A stretch of 64,000 bases of DNA from a virus. The first letter of the stretch is position 1; each line of letters begins with the position of its first letter. A program made the position numbers and the translations under genes. Of this stretch, positions 43,705 through 53,318 are shown piece after piece. The notes below the pieces were generated by a model. It had not been told where the DNA came from and searched no databases. It saw only the letters and a list, made by a program, of their open reading frames with translations. The DNA lies in the IMG/VR virus record IMGVR_UViG_3300027906_002394, positions 18,961 to 82,960 of that record. The stretch is one strand, 5' to 3'.

Positions 43705-45719
43705 TGGAAAGATATCCAAATTTTGCTTGGTGGCAAGGAGTTGTAGAGGACAGGAATGACCCAGAAAAATTCGGACGATATAGAGTTCGTATCATAGGGT
43801 ATCATACACTAGATAAAGCAATATTGCCTACTGAGTCTTTACCGTGGGCGATTCCTATGCAATCAGTTACCTCTGCTGCTATATCTGGTGTTGGTGTATC
43901 GCCTACTGGATTGGTTGAAGGTTCAGCTGTAATCGGATTCTTTGTTGATGGCGAGGAAGGACAAATCCCAGTTGTTATGGGTTCATTTGGTGTGGAAGAT
44001 AATGTACCAACCCCAGCTGGGAAACCAGAATCACCAGAAGTACTAGCAGAGAGAGGGTTTTATGACCCTACTGGAACTTACCCACGCAGAAAAGAATTAA
44101 GAATATCAGAGGACGAAGGTTTTGCAGATGCAGTTAAAGGAATGGTTAGTGATGGACTTGGTGGTGTATTAGATGCTGATGGTAATAAACTTACAGGTGA
44201 TGCTGAAGGTGTTGATGAAGTTGATGTTGGTAAGAATATCTTAGAAGAAGCATCATCTTCTAGACTTTCTAGGACACCAGAAAAACATTACTCATTAAAA
44301 GCAAAAAGAGATTCAAGAATAACAAAGATACCACGCGGATATGCAAGTAAAATATCTGGATGGAATAATAAAGAATTACCATTTGAACATGATAATGGTG
44401 ATGAGAAAGTTAAAGTAAATCCCGGCACATATGAACCAACTTATTGGGACGAACCGCATCCCCAAGGTGTAGAGGAAAGTGTATCTAAGTACCCATATAA
44501 CCATGTTAGAGAATCAGAAAGTGGACATGTCTTTGAGGTTGACGATACGCCAGGCGCAGAAAGAATTCATGAGTTTCATACTGCTGGTACATTCAGAGAA
44601 ATCCAACCAGATGGAACTAAAGTAGAAAAAATAGTTGGTGATGATTATATTATTGACTTAAAAAATAAACACATGTATGTTGGTGGTAATTTTGACCTTA
44701 CTGTAGAAGGTGATTACAATATTAATGTTAAAGGAAACAAATACGAACATGTAAGTGGTCACTCATACAATACTGTAATGGGTAATAGATTGAATAAAAT
44801 GCAAGGACACGAATTAATTGATACAGAAAGTACATATCATTTAATAACGGTGGGGAACTTCAATTGTCAAGTTGGAAGTACAGATAAAGAAAAGAAACAA
44901 TTTAGTAACTATAAACTGAGGGTAAGTGGAGATACTAATACTACTCACCAAGGCCCACATCGAGTAATGAATGCTTCTGCTTATGATAATGTTACAGATG
45001 GAGATATTAACTTTACGGTTAAGGAAAGACTTGGTATAAATCCAGCAGAAGCTATGGAAAGTGCTGTAGGTGGACAAGCTGCTAGTATGGATGCTATAGT
45101 AGCAGGTGGTTCATTTAAAGTTAACGCAGATAGAAATGTAGATTTAGTTGCTCAACCCACAGACATTATAAAGACTCCTCTTACTGGAAGTAGTATCAAT
45201 ATCACGGCAGATAGAGTTAATACAACTGCTAGAGTTGATATGGTAGAAAGAATTGGTCAGATTGCAGGCGTTCATGCTAATGTAGATTCACAAATCATAC
45301 CACAATTAATTGGTAGGAAATCGACATTCGCATCTGGGCCAACTGGTGGAATCTATAATGTATATTCACCAGCACCAATTACTATTTCAGCCGCCGTGGC
45401 TTGGCTTACTCCAGCAACGATTGGAGATGATGTTATCGGTGCTGGCCAAATAATTAGAAATATTACAGGTGTCGGTAACTATACAGATGTTCTTGTTGGT
45501 GCTGGTACAATGTCCAGAACTGCTACTGTTGGTGCTATTGCTGATAATGCAGTTGTTGGTGCTGTATCATACGCTGCTGGAGGAGCCGCGAGTTTAACTG
45601 CTGGTGGTGCTGCTACGGTTAGTGCTGTTGGTGCTGCTACGGTTAGTGCTGGTGGCGCTCTTGCTCTTACTGGTGGTGGTGCTGTTACTATTACTGGTTT
45701 AACAATTGCTCTGGTGTAA
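43704..45719 (+). CDS. gp5: Baseplate central spike gp5 (OB fold + beta-helix; no lysozyme domain)
   Basis: WWQGVVEDRNDP..GRYRVR, LPWA, YPYNHV.ESESGH..E.DDTPG.ERI...H..GT; Gly/Ala C-terminal repeats. Confidence 0.9.
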   Translation: MERYPNFAWWQGVVEDRNDPEKFGRYRVRIIGYHTLDKAILPTESLPWAIPMQSVTSAAISGVGVSPTGLVEGSAVIGFFVDGEEGQIPVVMGSFGVEDNVPTPAGKPESPEVLAERGFYDPTGTYPRRKELRISEDEGFADAVKGMVSDGLGGVLDADGNKLTGDAEGVDEVDVGKNILEEASSSRLSRTPEKHYSLKAKRDSRITKIPRGYASKISGWNNKELPFEHDNGDEKVKVNPGTYEPTYWDEPHPQGVEESVSKYPYNHVRESESGHVFEVDDTPGAERIHEFHTAGTFREIQPDGTKVEKIVGDDYIIDLKNKHMYVGGNFDLTVEGDYNINVKGNKYEHVSGHSYNTVMGNRLNKMQGHELIDTESTYHLITVGNFNCQVGSTDKEKKQFSNYKLRVSGDTNTTHQGPHRVMNASAYDNVTDGDINFTVKERLGINPAEAMESAVGGQAASMDAIVAGGSFKVNADRNVDLVAQPTDIIKTPLTGSSINITADRVNTTARVDMVERIGQIAGVHANVDSQIIPQLIGRKSTFASGPTGGIYNVYSPAPITISAAVAWLTPATIGDDVIGAGQIIRNITGVGNYTDVLVGAGTMSRTATVGAIADNAVVGAVSYAAGGAASLTAGGAATVSAVGAATVSAGGALALTGGGAVTITGLTIALV

Positions 45720-45728
45720 GGATAAGAT

Positions 45729-46352
45729 ATGAGTTGTAAAGGTATAGGTGCAGAATTTAGTAAAATCGCGGAAACGATTGATGGTGCTAATGCAGCTCTT
45801 AGTGATAAAATAGATGCACTTGCAGACGGTATTGCTAACGATTTAGGAATAATAGAAGCGAAAGCGAAATTCATAAAGATGAGAAAGGACTTCAATGAGG
45901 CCTTTAAGAATGAGTTTGGCGATTTGATGTCTGCGATAAAGTCTCTAAAAGAAGGTATTCCTTTTTCAGATGAGATAGGCGACTTGATGAAACTTGGCGC
46001 CCAAACAGTAGAGTTTGTTGAAAAAGCAAAACAATTAGAAGAGAAGTATGGTAAAGGCAATGTTGCTGAAGATATATTAAGAGACCCAGCTGGGTTCATT
46101 GAAGGACTAGGTGCAGATTTTGAAAATTTATGTGAAGCAATGCCTAACTATGAGAAGGCAAAAGATGGTACGATTAAAGTAACCGCTGCTAAATTTAGTC
46201 AAGATGCTGGGGAGGTTGATTTAGAGGAGATAAAAAAAGAGGGTCTTTCACCATTGTTTGATAGAATAAAAGATGTATTAAAGAAATTAACTATCGAATT
46301 AGAAGAAAAGGAAACAACTGTCGATAAAGATACAGACAGTCAGTTCTCTTAG
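45729..46352 (+). CDS. Hypothetical helical protein downstream of gp5
   Basis: 207 aa ORF with AGGA SD. Confidence 0.65.
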   Translation: MSCKGIGAEFSKIAETIDGANAALSDKIDALADGIANDLGIIEAKAKFIKMRKDFNEAFKNEFGDLMSAIKSLKEGIPFSDEIGDLMKLGAQTVEFVEKAKQLEEKYGKGNVAEDILRDPAGFIEGLGADFENLCEAMPNYEKAKDGTIKVTAAKFSQDAGEVDLEEIKKEGLSPLFDRIKDVLKKLTIELEEKETTVDKDTDSQFS

Positions 46353-46362
46353 CATGAAGTAT

Positions 46363-46370
46363 TATAAATA
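46363..46370 (+). promoter_or_regulatory. T4 late promoter TATAAATA, 5 nt upstream of the gp25 ATG
   Basis: Exact match followed by gtcac-ATG. Confidence 0.8.
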
Positions 46371-46375
46371 GTCAC

Positions 46376-46771
46376 ATGATAAAACAACCTACTACAATAT
46401 ACAAAGATTTCGATTTGAGTTTTACTAAAAACCCAAACACAAAAGATATTGCTCGAAAGGTAGATGTTCAAGCGGTTAAACAATCGCTAAAGAGTTTATT
46501 GTTAACTGATTACTTTGAAAAACTCTTTAGACCTAACTATGGTTCTCCAATCAGAGGATTATTATTTGAACCATGTGATGTCGCAACCGCAACATCTCTT
46601 GCTACAGAAATCAAGAGATGTATTCAAAACTTTGAACCAAGGGTTGTTGTAGAAGAAGTTGAAGTTTGGCCAGATGTTGACCAGAACTCTTTTTCTGCAA
46701 AAATATTTTTTTATGTAAGAGGAGTACAAAGACTCCAAGAATTAGGACTAGTTTTAGAGAGGTTAAGATAA
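46376..46771 (+). CDS. gp25: Baseplate wedge subunit gp25
   Basis: YKDFDLSF, AVKQSL..LLLT...E..F.P.YGS, FEPRV, LERLR. Confidence 0.92.
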   Translation: MIKQPTTIYKDFDLSFTKNPNTKDIARKVDVQAVKQSLKSLLLTDYFEKLFRPNYGSPIRGLLFEPCDVATATSLATEIKRCIQNFEPRVVVEEVEVWPDVDQNSFSAKIFFYVRGVQRLQELGLVLERLR

Positions 46772-47055
46772 TGCCATCAATAGCAGTATCGCCAGGCACA
46801 GTAGTAGATACAGCAGGAACAGGTGCGATAACTCCTGCCTTTGCAAAATATACTGCTGGTGGAGTTCCAATTTTAGCAATTGGAGATGTGGTTGCAGCTC
46901 ATTCAAGTGGGGGAAATACACACCCTGCTACCGCTATAACAACTGGTTCAGTAAAATGCACTATCGGGGGTAAGGGTATTGCTTTTAGTGGTTCAGTCGC
47001 AGGCTGCGCTGGCCCAGTAACGACAACCTTTGTGGCAAAGTATCAAGTATCGTAG
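46771..47055 (+). CDS. PAAR-like spike tip protein (gp5.4-like)
   Basis: 94 aa; IGDVVAAH...HP...TGS...IGGKGIA..G....C pattern with His/His/Cys ligands. Confidence 0.7.
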   Translation: MPSIAVSPGTVVDTAGTGAITPAFAKYTAGGVPILAIGDVVAAHSSGGNTHPATAITTGSVKCTIGGKGIAFSGSVAGCAGPVTTTFVAKYQVS

Positions 47056-47064
47056 GAAAGAAAA

Positions 47065-48999
47065 ATGGCAGTCAAAAATGTAACAGAATTAGATTTCGAT
47101 ACAATAAAATCGAATTTAAAAACACACTTAAAAAATCAAACCGAATTTGCAGACTATGATTTTGATGCATCTGGTATTTCTCAACTTGTAGACATATTGG
47201 CATATAACACACACTATAATGCTGTTCTTGCACATATGGTATCCAATGAAGCTTTTATTGATTCTGCTATTAAGAGAAATTCAGTCGTATCCATTGCGAA
47301 GACTATGGGATATGTACCAAGGTCTGCCCGTTCCGCGAAAGCCACTTTAAATATAACAATTGAACCAGACGCTTCTTATACATCAACCAATTTAACCATA
47401 TCAAAAGATAGAGTATTTACATCTAATGTCGGTGGAAAGAACTATACTTTTGTTCCAGATAAAGATTATAGTGTAGATAAGTCTGTTGTAAATGGTGTTT
47501 CTGCTTTTAGATTTACTAATGTGGTTCTTATCGAAGGAACTAGAGTTACAACCTCAGAAGTTATTAATAGTACAAATAGGTCTGGGCCTGTAATCTTACC
47601 AAATGATAATGTTGATACTACTACACTCACTACCAAAGTACAGGTTTCTAATACAAACTATAACGCGACAACCTTTGCACACTCAGAAACAATTACAGGA
47701 GTAAAGTCAACTTCTACAATATATTATCTAGAAGAAAGAACCGATGGATATTACCAAGTAGTGTTTGGTGATGGTGTTCTTGGTAAACAACTAGATGTTG
47801 GAAACATTGTCATTTGTGAGTACATAATATCAAACGGAACAAAAGGTAATGGTGCTAGAGTATTCTCTCCGCCATCAAATATTACTGGTGCTGGTGAGAC
47901 CATATCTGGACAAACTATTGCTGCTTCTACTGGGGGATTTGAATTAGAGAGTACTGATAGTATTCGTTTTAATGCTCCTCGATATAATTCCGCTAAAGGT
48001 AGGGTTGTGACATCTACCGATTATGAAACAGCAATTAAACAATCAAACCCAAATATTAAATCTGTAACAGTCTGGGGTGGGGAAGATAATGTGCCTCCTG
48101 TTTATGGAAAAGTTTATATATCACTTCAACCTCAAAGTGGGTTTGTTATAACAGACACGGAAAAGAACGAAATTGTTAATGATGTTATCAAACCAAAACT
48201 TCCAGTATCATTAGTTACTGAATTTGTTGACGCGGAAACTTTATACATAGGTTTCAATATTGCTGTAACCTATGACCCTAAACTTACTACATTAACTTCA
48301 GATGCAATTAAGACAGAGGTTTTAAGTAATGTTACAACTCACTTTGATAGTAATGTTAACGAACTGAAGAAAAATTTCTTCTTCTCAAAATTAAGTAAAG
48401 AATTAGATGGATCAAATCAGTCTATTTTGGCAAACAATATAGAAATGAGATTGATGAAAAAATTAACACCTACTTTGAAAACCGATACTAGATATCAATT
48501 AAAATATAATAACAAATTATTAGCAAGTTCAGTTAGAACAAATTATTTTATTGCTGATATTAATGGTGCTTTGGATGAAGTCTATATAACAGATAGACCA
48601 GATGAAACATTTACTGCTTCACAACAATATAATGGACAAAGATTTAACCTTGCGAAAGGTGACCTTATTTTAAAAACTAAATCAACCAATTCGGTTGTGG
48701 GTGGTACAGTAGGAACTATTGATTACGATACAGGTGCGTTAGACATAAAATCGTTAAAAATAGATTCTGTTAGTGGTTCCAATAATGATGTTGTTAGGGT
48801 ATACATAACTCCACACGAAAGTTCAAAAAATATTTCTACGGATGATTTGGTTCGTGCAACCGAAGAACAAACATATGCTGTTACCGCGTTACCAGCAAGG
48901 AATATAATACTGTCCCTTGATGACTCTCAAGTAGATACCACCAACAATGTTAAACAAGGTGTTGCTGTCACTATGATATCAAGGGTACAGGATGACTAA
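47065..48999 (+). CDS. gp6: Baseplate wedge protein gp6
   Basis: LDFDTIK.NL, DYDF.ASG, LAYNTHY, FGDGVLG, RVVT..DY, WGGEDN.PP.YGKVYI. Confidence 0.95.
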   Translation: MAVKNVTELDFDTIKSNLKTHLKNQTEFADYDFDASGISQLVDILAYNTHYNAVLAHMVSNEAFIDSAIKRNSVVSIAKTMGYVPRSARSAKATLNITIEPDASYTSTNLTISKDRVFTSNVGGKNYTFVPDKDYSVDKSVVNGVSAFRFTNVVLIEGTRVTTSEVINSTNRSGPVILPNDNVDTTTLTTKVQVSNTNYNATTFAHSETITGVKSTSTIYYLEERTDGYYQVVFGDGVLGKQLDVGNIVICEYIISNGTKGNGARVFSPPSNITGAGETISGQTIAASTGGFELESTDSIRFNAPRYNSAKGRVVTSTDYETAIKQSNPNIKSVTVWGGEDNVPPVYGKVYISLQPQSGFVITDTEKNEIVNDVIKPKLPVSLVTEFVDAETLYIGFNIAVTYDPKLTTLTSDAIKTEVLSNVTTHFDSNVNELKKNFFFSKLSKELDGSNQSILANNIEMRLMKKLTPTLKTDTRYQLKYNNKLLASSVRTNYFIADINGALDEVYITDRPDETFTASQQYNGQRFNLAKGDLILKTKSTNSVVGGTVGTIDYDTGALDIKSLKIDSVSGSNNDVVRVYITPHESSKNISTDDLVRATEEQTYAVTALPARNIILSLDDSQVDTTNNVKQGVAVTMISRVQDD

Positions 49000-51900
49000 T
49001 CGAATACCATCATATCTAGAGTATATAAAGAGCATTGCTGTAACTACAGCTGGTTCTGGATATACTGCTCCTGTTGAAGTAGAGATAAGTGCGCCTGATG
49101 GCGACAACGCTATACAGGCAACAGCTACTGCGAATATAGAGTTCTCTGGTTCTGGTGCTGTAACAGGTATTACTATTACTGAAGCTGGTGATGGTTATCA
49201 TACTACTCCAACCGTAAAAATAGTCGGTGGGGCAACAACTGTTATAAATGCGAGTGAATCGAATACTGGTCTAGATGCTGGAACATATACAGCAGTAGAA
49301 CCAGCTCAAACTAGTGGTAATGGAACATTTGGTACATTTACTATTGTTATTGATTCAAATGGTGATGTAACTTCAATCACGCCAGTTAACGGTGGTTCTA
49401 AATATCATCAAAATGATACTATAACATTTCTTCCCACTCAACTCGGTGGAGTCGGTTCAGAGAAAAGTGTTATTGGTACAATCACTCACATTGAGGGTGG
49501 ACAGGACGCGACCCTAACTGCTGAGATAGGTATTGTTGCTAAAGCTGATGTTTATGCACAACCAAAAATATCAAAGTTAATCTCACACCAGTTACCAGCA
49601 TTTATTCGAGAAGACCATGAATTATTTGTCACCTTCATGGAAAAATATTATGATTTCCTAGAATTAAACAATACGATAGATAACACAAAACATGGCCCAC
49701 TAAAAGTATTACAGGATTTCTTATCTAAGTTAGATGCTGATTTTAATGATGATGGAAGTATCAACACGGATGATAATTTCCTCAAAGAATTTTATAAAGA
49801 CTACGCAAAAGATTTGCCTCTTGGACAGAGTGCAAAATTAAGTTTAGTCTTAAAACATATTAATGATTTTTATACTGCTAAAGGTAGTTCAGAAGCAGTA
49901 AAACTTTTATTCAGAATACTTTATAATGAAGAAGTAACTATTTTCAATGCACAAGAATTTGTACTTAGACCATCTTCTAATAGATGGCAACAAGATTATG
50001 TTGTTAAGGTTTATGAAAGAGGTACTTATATTAATGCAACTACAGTTGACTATGACCCATCAAATTTTGTTGGACAACAAGTAGACCTTCATTATTATCA
50101 GTCAACTGGTTCAGTCACAAACTCTTATACAAAGAGAGCGAGTTGTCAATCAGTAAAGAAAATTGCTTACACAAACCCACAAGCATATGAACTTGTTCTA
50201 ACTGGTGTTGACCAAACTTTTGAATTGCCAGGCGGTGGTGCCGCTGGAGTTTCATTTGATGAGATATTGCAACCAGAAGTTGCTGGTGATATAGGGACAA
50301 TAAGTTCTACCAACACACCAGACCCATCTGTAGTTAATGGTACATACACCATTGGTGCTTCAGATTATACCTCTTATATTGATACCGCGTATACAACAAA
50401 TACTGCTGTTACCAAGGGTCAGTATATCAAAGCAAATGAGAAGATATATCTTGCTATTAATAGTGGAACTACAAATAGTAGTGGAACTGGCCCAGACCAC
50501 GAATCTGGGGATGTTGTAGATGGTAGTGTTAAATTTAGATTTATTGAAATATCAACTGCTTCTGGACATTATAGTTCTGGAAGTTCTGGTGCTACATTTG
50601 AAGTGGTTATTGCTGGGAACGCTGTTGATAGTATTACTGTAACGAATGATGGAGTAGATTATTATCCACATGAAATAATAGAAATCGCCGCTACAAAATT
50701 TGGTGGAACTGGTACAGGAGCTTTATTTAAAGTTGATACTATTACTAACGGTAAAATTAAGAAAGCAGTTATTGTTGATGGCGGTTCTGGTTTTGCTGCT
50801 AATCCAAGTATTGCTATAACTCCAAATAGTTCAGATACTATTACTACTGCTGCTCTTATGGAAACTAGAGTTAGTAATGGTGCGATAACACAAGTTTTAT
50901 TCACAAACAATACTCAAGGTTCTGGATATAATAACTTACCAGATTTAAGAATAACAACTGGTTTAACTCTCACATTTGTAAGTTTAGCAGGAGAGGTATT
51001 CCCAGATACTACAAGTAGTGACGCATTTAGTGCCATGAAAGGTATTGTTACTAGGGTGTTGAATACTGCTATATTCAATTCAATAAAAACAGGTTCTAGT
51101 GCAACCGCTGGCGGATTTAAAATTGGTGATTCATATGTTATCAATGAAAGTGGTGGGATACTTGGTGTTTACGCGATAGATTACTTTGCAGAAGATTATA
51201 CATTAACTGGCGTATCCAATAATGCTTATGTAAGGATTACATCATTGGATACCAATGGTTACCCATCTAATTTTGAAGTACTTGCAGTAGGACAAGGATT
51301 TAATAGAGAAGATTTTCAAATAGAATTAACTTCACCAGATGGCAATATTGCTATAGTTGATTTTAAAACAGGGTACAATGCAGTACTTGGTGGAGTTGCT
51401 GGAGATTCTGCTTCATTCTTATCAGACGCAAATAGGTTATTTGACAATCAAGTCTATCAACCATTTGCATATCAAATACAATCAGAATTACAATCGAAAG
51501 AATGGTTGCAGTATGTTAAGAGGGCAGCTCACCCTGCTGGATTTGCTTTATTTGGTGACTTACAGATTAAACAGGATATTGATTTCTCTGGTGGATTTAC
51601 GGTTGAGACAGATGTCTACATGTTCTTTGTATATCCAGATGTAGAAGAAATAACTCTATCAGATAGTGTTTCCAAAGATATCGAATTGGGCGAAGTAGGG
51701 CCTGACGAAATTTTCCCAGGCGATTCTATAAATTCATTTAGTGTTGAACTCGCTACTAATACGGATAGTGTTGGTGCTTCAGATGAAGATGGCCCGTATA
51801 CTTACACAGGTACACAAATTAGAAGTTATTACGCAACTTCAGATGGAACTGAAACTGGTGACCCATATTTTGTATTACATGCAACTGCTTCAGATGACTA

Positions 51901-52777
51901 TGTTGAAAGATTCGCTGTTGGTGATTACTTCTTAAATGATGGCGGTGCATATGTAGAACTGGGTAATCCTCAGAAAGAAATGCACCTTATATTCAATTCA
52001 GCGGATACTGGTGAATACGCGATAGATTACTTTGCTAATGATGCTGGTAGATATACGCTTCTTATTGATGCAGATGTAGAAAGAAGTACCGCATACGCAT
52101 TTGTCGAGGATACAGTAACTTCATTAGTGGTAGAGGTTAATTCTGTTACTGATACTGTAGAAATGGGTGAGTCTTTATTGATATCATTCGTATTCTTCAG
52201 AGAACCTACTGATACATTCGATACTGCTGATAGTGTTGTTGTAGAAGCACAACCAAGACCTACTGACACATTTGACATCGCTGACGCGGTTGATAAATTT
52301 GATATCGGAGTCAACCCAACAGATACACTAAATGTAGATGAGTCAACAACATTTGATATAACTGCTGCTAGAGCTGACACATTTACTGGAGATGATACAT
52401 TATCAATAGAACCACAGTTAATTGGTACTGATACTACATTGATGCAAGATACACCATCTGTAGAATGGGGTGGAGTGGTTGCAGATACATTCACTATTGC
52501 TGACGCGGTAAACAAATTTGATATCGGTTTAAATCCAGTCGATACGGGCGCTACTGCTGACAGTATAAATAATTTTGATGTCACAACTGCTCCAACGGAT
52601 AGTTCAGATACCGCAGATTCAATTACTAAATTTGATGTAGAGATAGACCTCACAGGTTCTTCCGTAGACGAAGATGTGGCGATGGGAGATAGTGGAAGTC
52701 TCATATCACAATCATATACAGTCGATTTAACTTACTTTGCCGAAGATTATGTTGCTGATACTGTAGTGAATTTTTAA
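48992..52777 (+). CDS. gp7: Baseplate wedge initiator gp7-like protein with Ig-like insertions and C-terminal repeats
   Basis: QLPAFIREDH..F..F...YY, FYTAKGS..A.KLLFRILY, YQPFAYQI, HPAGF; lies between gp6 and gp8. Confidence 0.75.
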   Translation: MTNRIPSYLEYIKSIAVTTAGSGYTAPVEVEISAPDGDNAIQATATANIEFSGSGAVTGITITEAGDGYHTTPTVKIVGGATTVINASESNTGLDAGTYTAVEPAQTSGNGTFGTFTIVIDSNGDVTSITPVNGGSKYHQNDTITFLPTQLGGVGSEKSVIGTITHIEGGQDATLTAEIGIVAKADVYAQPKISKLISHQLPAFIREDHELFVTFMEKYYDFLELNNTIDNTKHGPLKVLQDFLSKLDADFNDDGSINTDDNFLKEFYKDYAKDLPLGQSAKLSLVLKHINDFYTAKGSSEAVKLLFRILYNEEVTIFNAQEFVLRPSSNRWQQDYVVKVYERGTYINATTVDYDPSNFVGQQVDLHYYQSTGSVTNSYTKRASCQSVKKIAYTNPQAYELVLTGVDQTFELPGGGAAGVSFDEILQPEVAGDIGTISSTNTPDPSVVNGTYTIGASDYTSYIDTAYTTNTAVTKGQYIKANEKIYLAINSGTTNSSGTGPDHESGDVVDGSVKFRFIEISTASGHYSSGSSGATFEVVIAGNAVDSITVTNDGVDYYPHEIIEIAATKFGGTGTGALFKVDTITNGKIKKAVIVDGGSGFAANPSIAITPNSSDTITTAALMETRVSNGAITQVLFTNNTQGSGYNNLPDLRITTGLTLTFVSLAGEVFPDTTSSDAFSAMKGIVTRVLNTAIFNSIKTGSSATAGGFKIGDSYVINESGGILGVYAIDYFAEDYTLTGVSNNAYVRITSLDTNGYPSNFEVLAVGQGFNREDFQIELTSPDGNIAIVDFKTGYNAVLGGVAGDSASFLSDANRLFDNQVYQPFAYQIQSELQSKEWLQYVKRAAHPAGFALFGDLQIKQDIDFSGGFTVETDVYMFFVYPDVEEITLSDSVSKDIELGEVGPDEIFPGDSINSFSVELATNTDSVGASDEDGPYTYTGTQIRSYYATSDGTETGDPYFVLHATASDDYVERFAVGDYFLNDGGAYVELGNPQKEMHLIFNSADTGEYAIDYFANDAGRYTLLIDADVERSTAYAFVEDTVTSLVVEVNSVTDTVEMGESLLISFVFFREPTDTFDTADSVVVEAQPRPTDTFDIADAVDKFDIGVNPTDTLNVDESTTFDITAARADTFTGDDTLSIEPQLIGTDTTLMQDTPSVEWGGVVADTFTIADAVNKFDIGLNPVDTGATADSINNFDVTTAPTDSSDTADSITKFDVEIDLTGSSVDEDVAMGDSGSLISQSYTVDLTYFAEDYVADTVVNF

Positions 52778-52794
52778 AAACTAATTTTAATTCT

Positions 52795-52802
52795 TATAAA
52801 TA
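52795..52802 (+). promoter_or_regulatory. T4 late promoter TATAAATA
   Basis: Intergenic exact match upstream of 52843. Confidence 0.75.
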
Positions 52803-52842
52803 AGGAATAACAAGGCAATAACTAATTTTAGAGGAGATAACA

Positions 52843-53295
52843 ATGTTGCAAAAAAATGCTGCCTTAGACGCTAAGGGTCGCTTGACTCTTGAGTTGTTTG
52901 ATGAGTTTGGGAACTTAAAAGAAACCCAAGAAATAAAAAATGTCGTTGTGAACAACGGTCTTAATTATATCGCATCTCGTATGAAAGATGCCACTGCTAC
53001 TGCAATGTCACATATGGCAATCGGTTCAGATAATACTGCTGCCGCTGCTGGTAACACCGCATTAGGAACAGAACTTGGTAGGGTTGCTCTTACTTCTACT
53101 ACTGTCACTTCAAATTCAGTCGCTTATGTTGGGGACTTCCCAGCTGGTACTGGTACAGGTGCAGTTGTTGAGGCAGGAATCCTAAACGCTGGTTCGGGTG
53201 GTACGCTACTATGTAGAACTGTGTTTTCTGTAGTTAACAAAGCAGCTGCAGACACATTAAAGATCACTTGGACGGTTACTGTATCTGACTCCTAA
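52843..53295 (+). CDS. Virion structural protein (baseplate/fibre-associated)
   Basis: NVVVNNG, MAIG, LGTELGR, EAGI, KAAADTLKITW; GAGGAG SD; late promoter. Confidence 0.7.
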   Translation: MLQKNAALDAKGRLTLELFDEFGNLKETQEIKNVVVNNGLNYIASRMKDATATAMSHMAIGSDNTAAAAGNTALGTELGRVALTSTTVTSNSVAYVGDFPAGTGTGAVVEAGILNAGSGGTLLCRTVFSVVNKAAADTLKITWTVTVSDS

Positions 53296-53318
53296 GAGTT
53301 AAACTAAGGAGTTAGTAC

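Noticed and set aside
34433-52704. Long antisense ORFs 34433..35002, 45479..46099 and 52027..52704
   Set aside because: They are opposite-strand shadows of low-complexity structural genes, with no SD or recognisable motifs.
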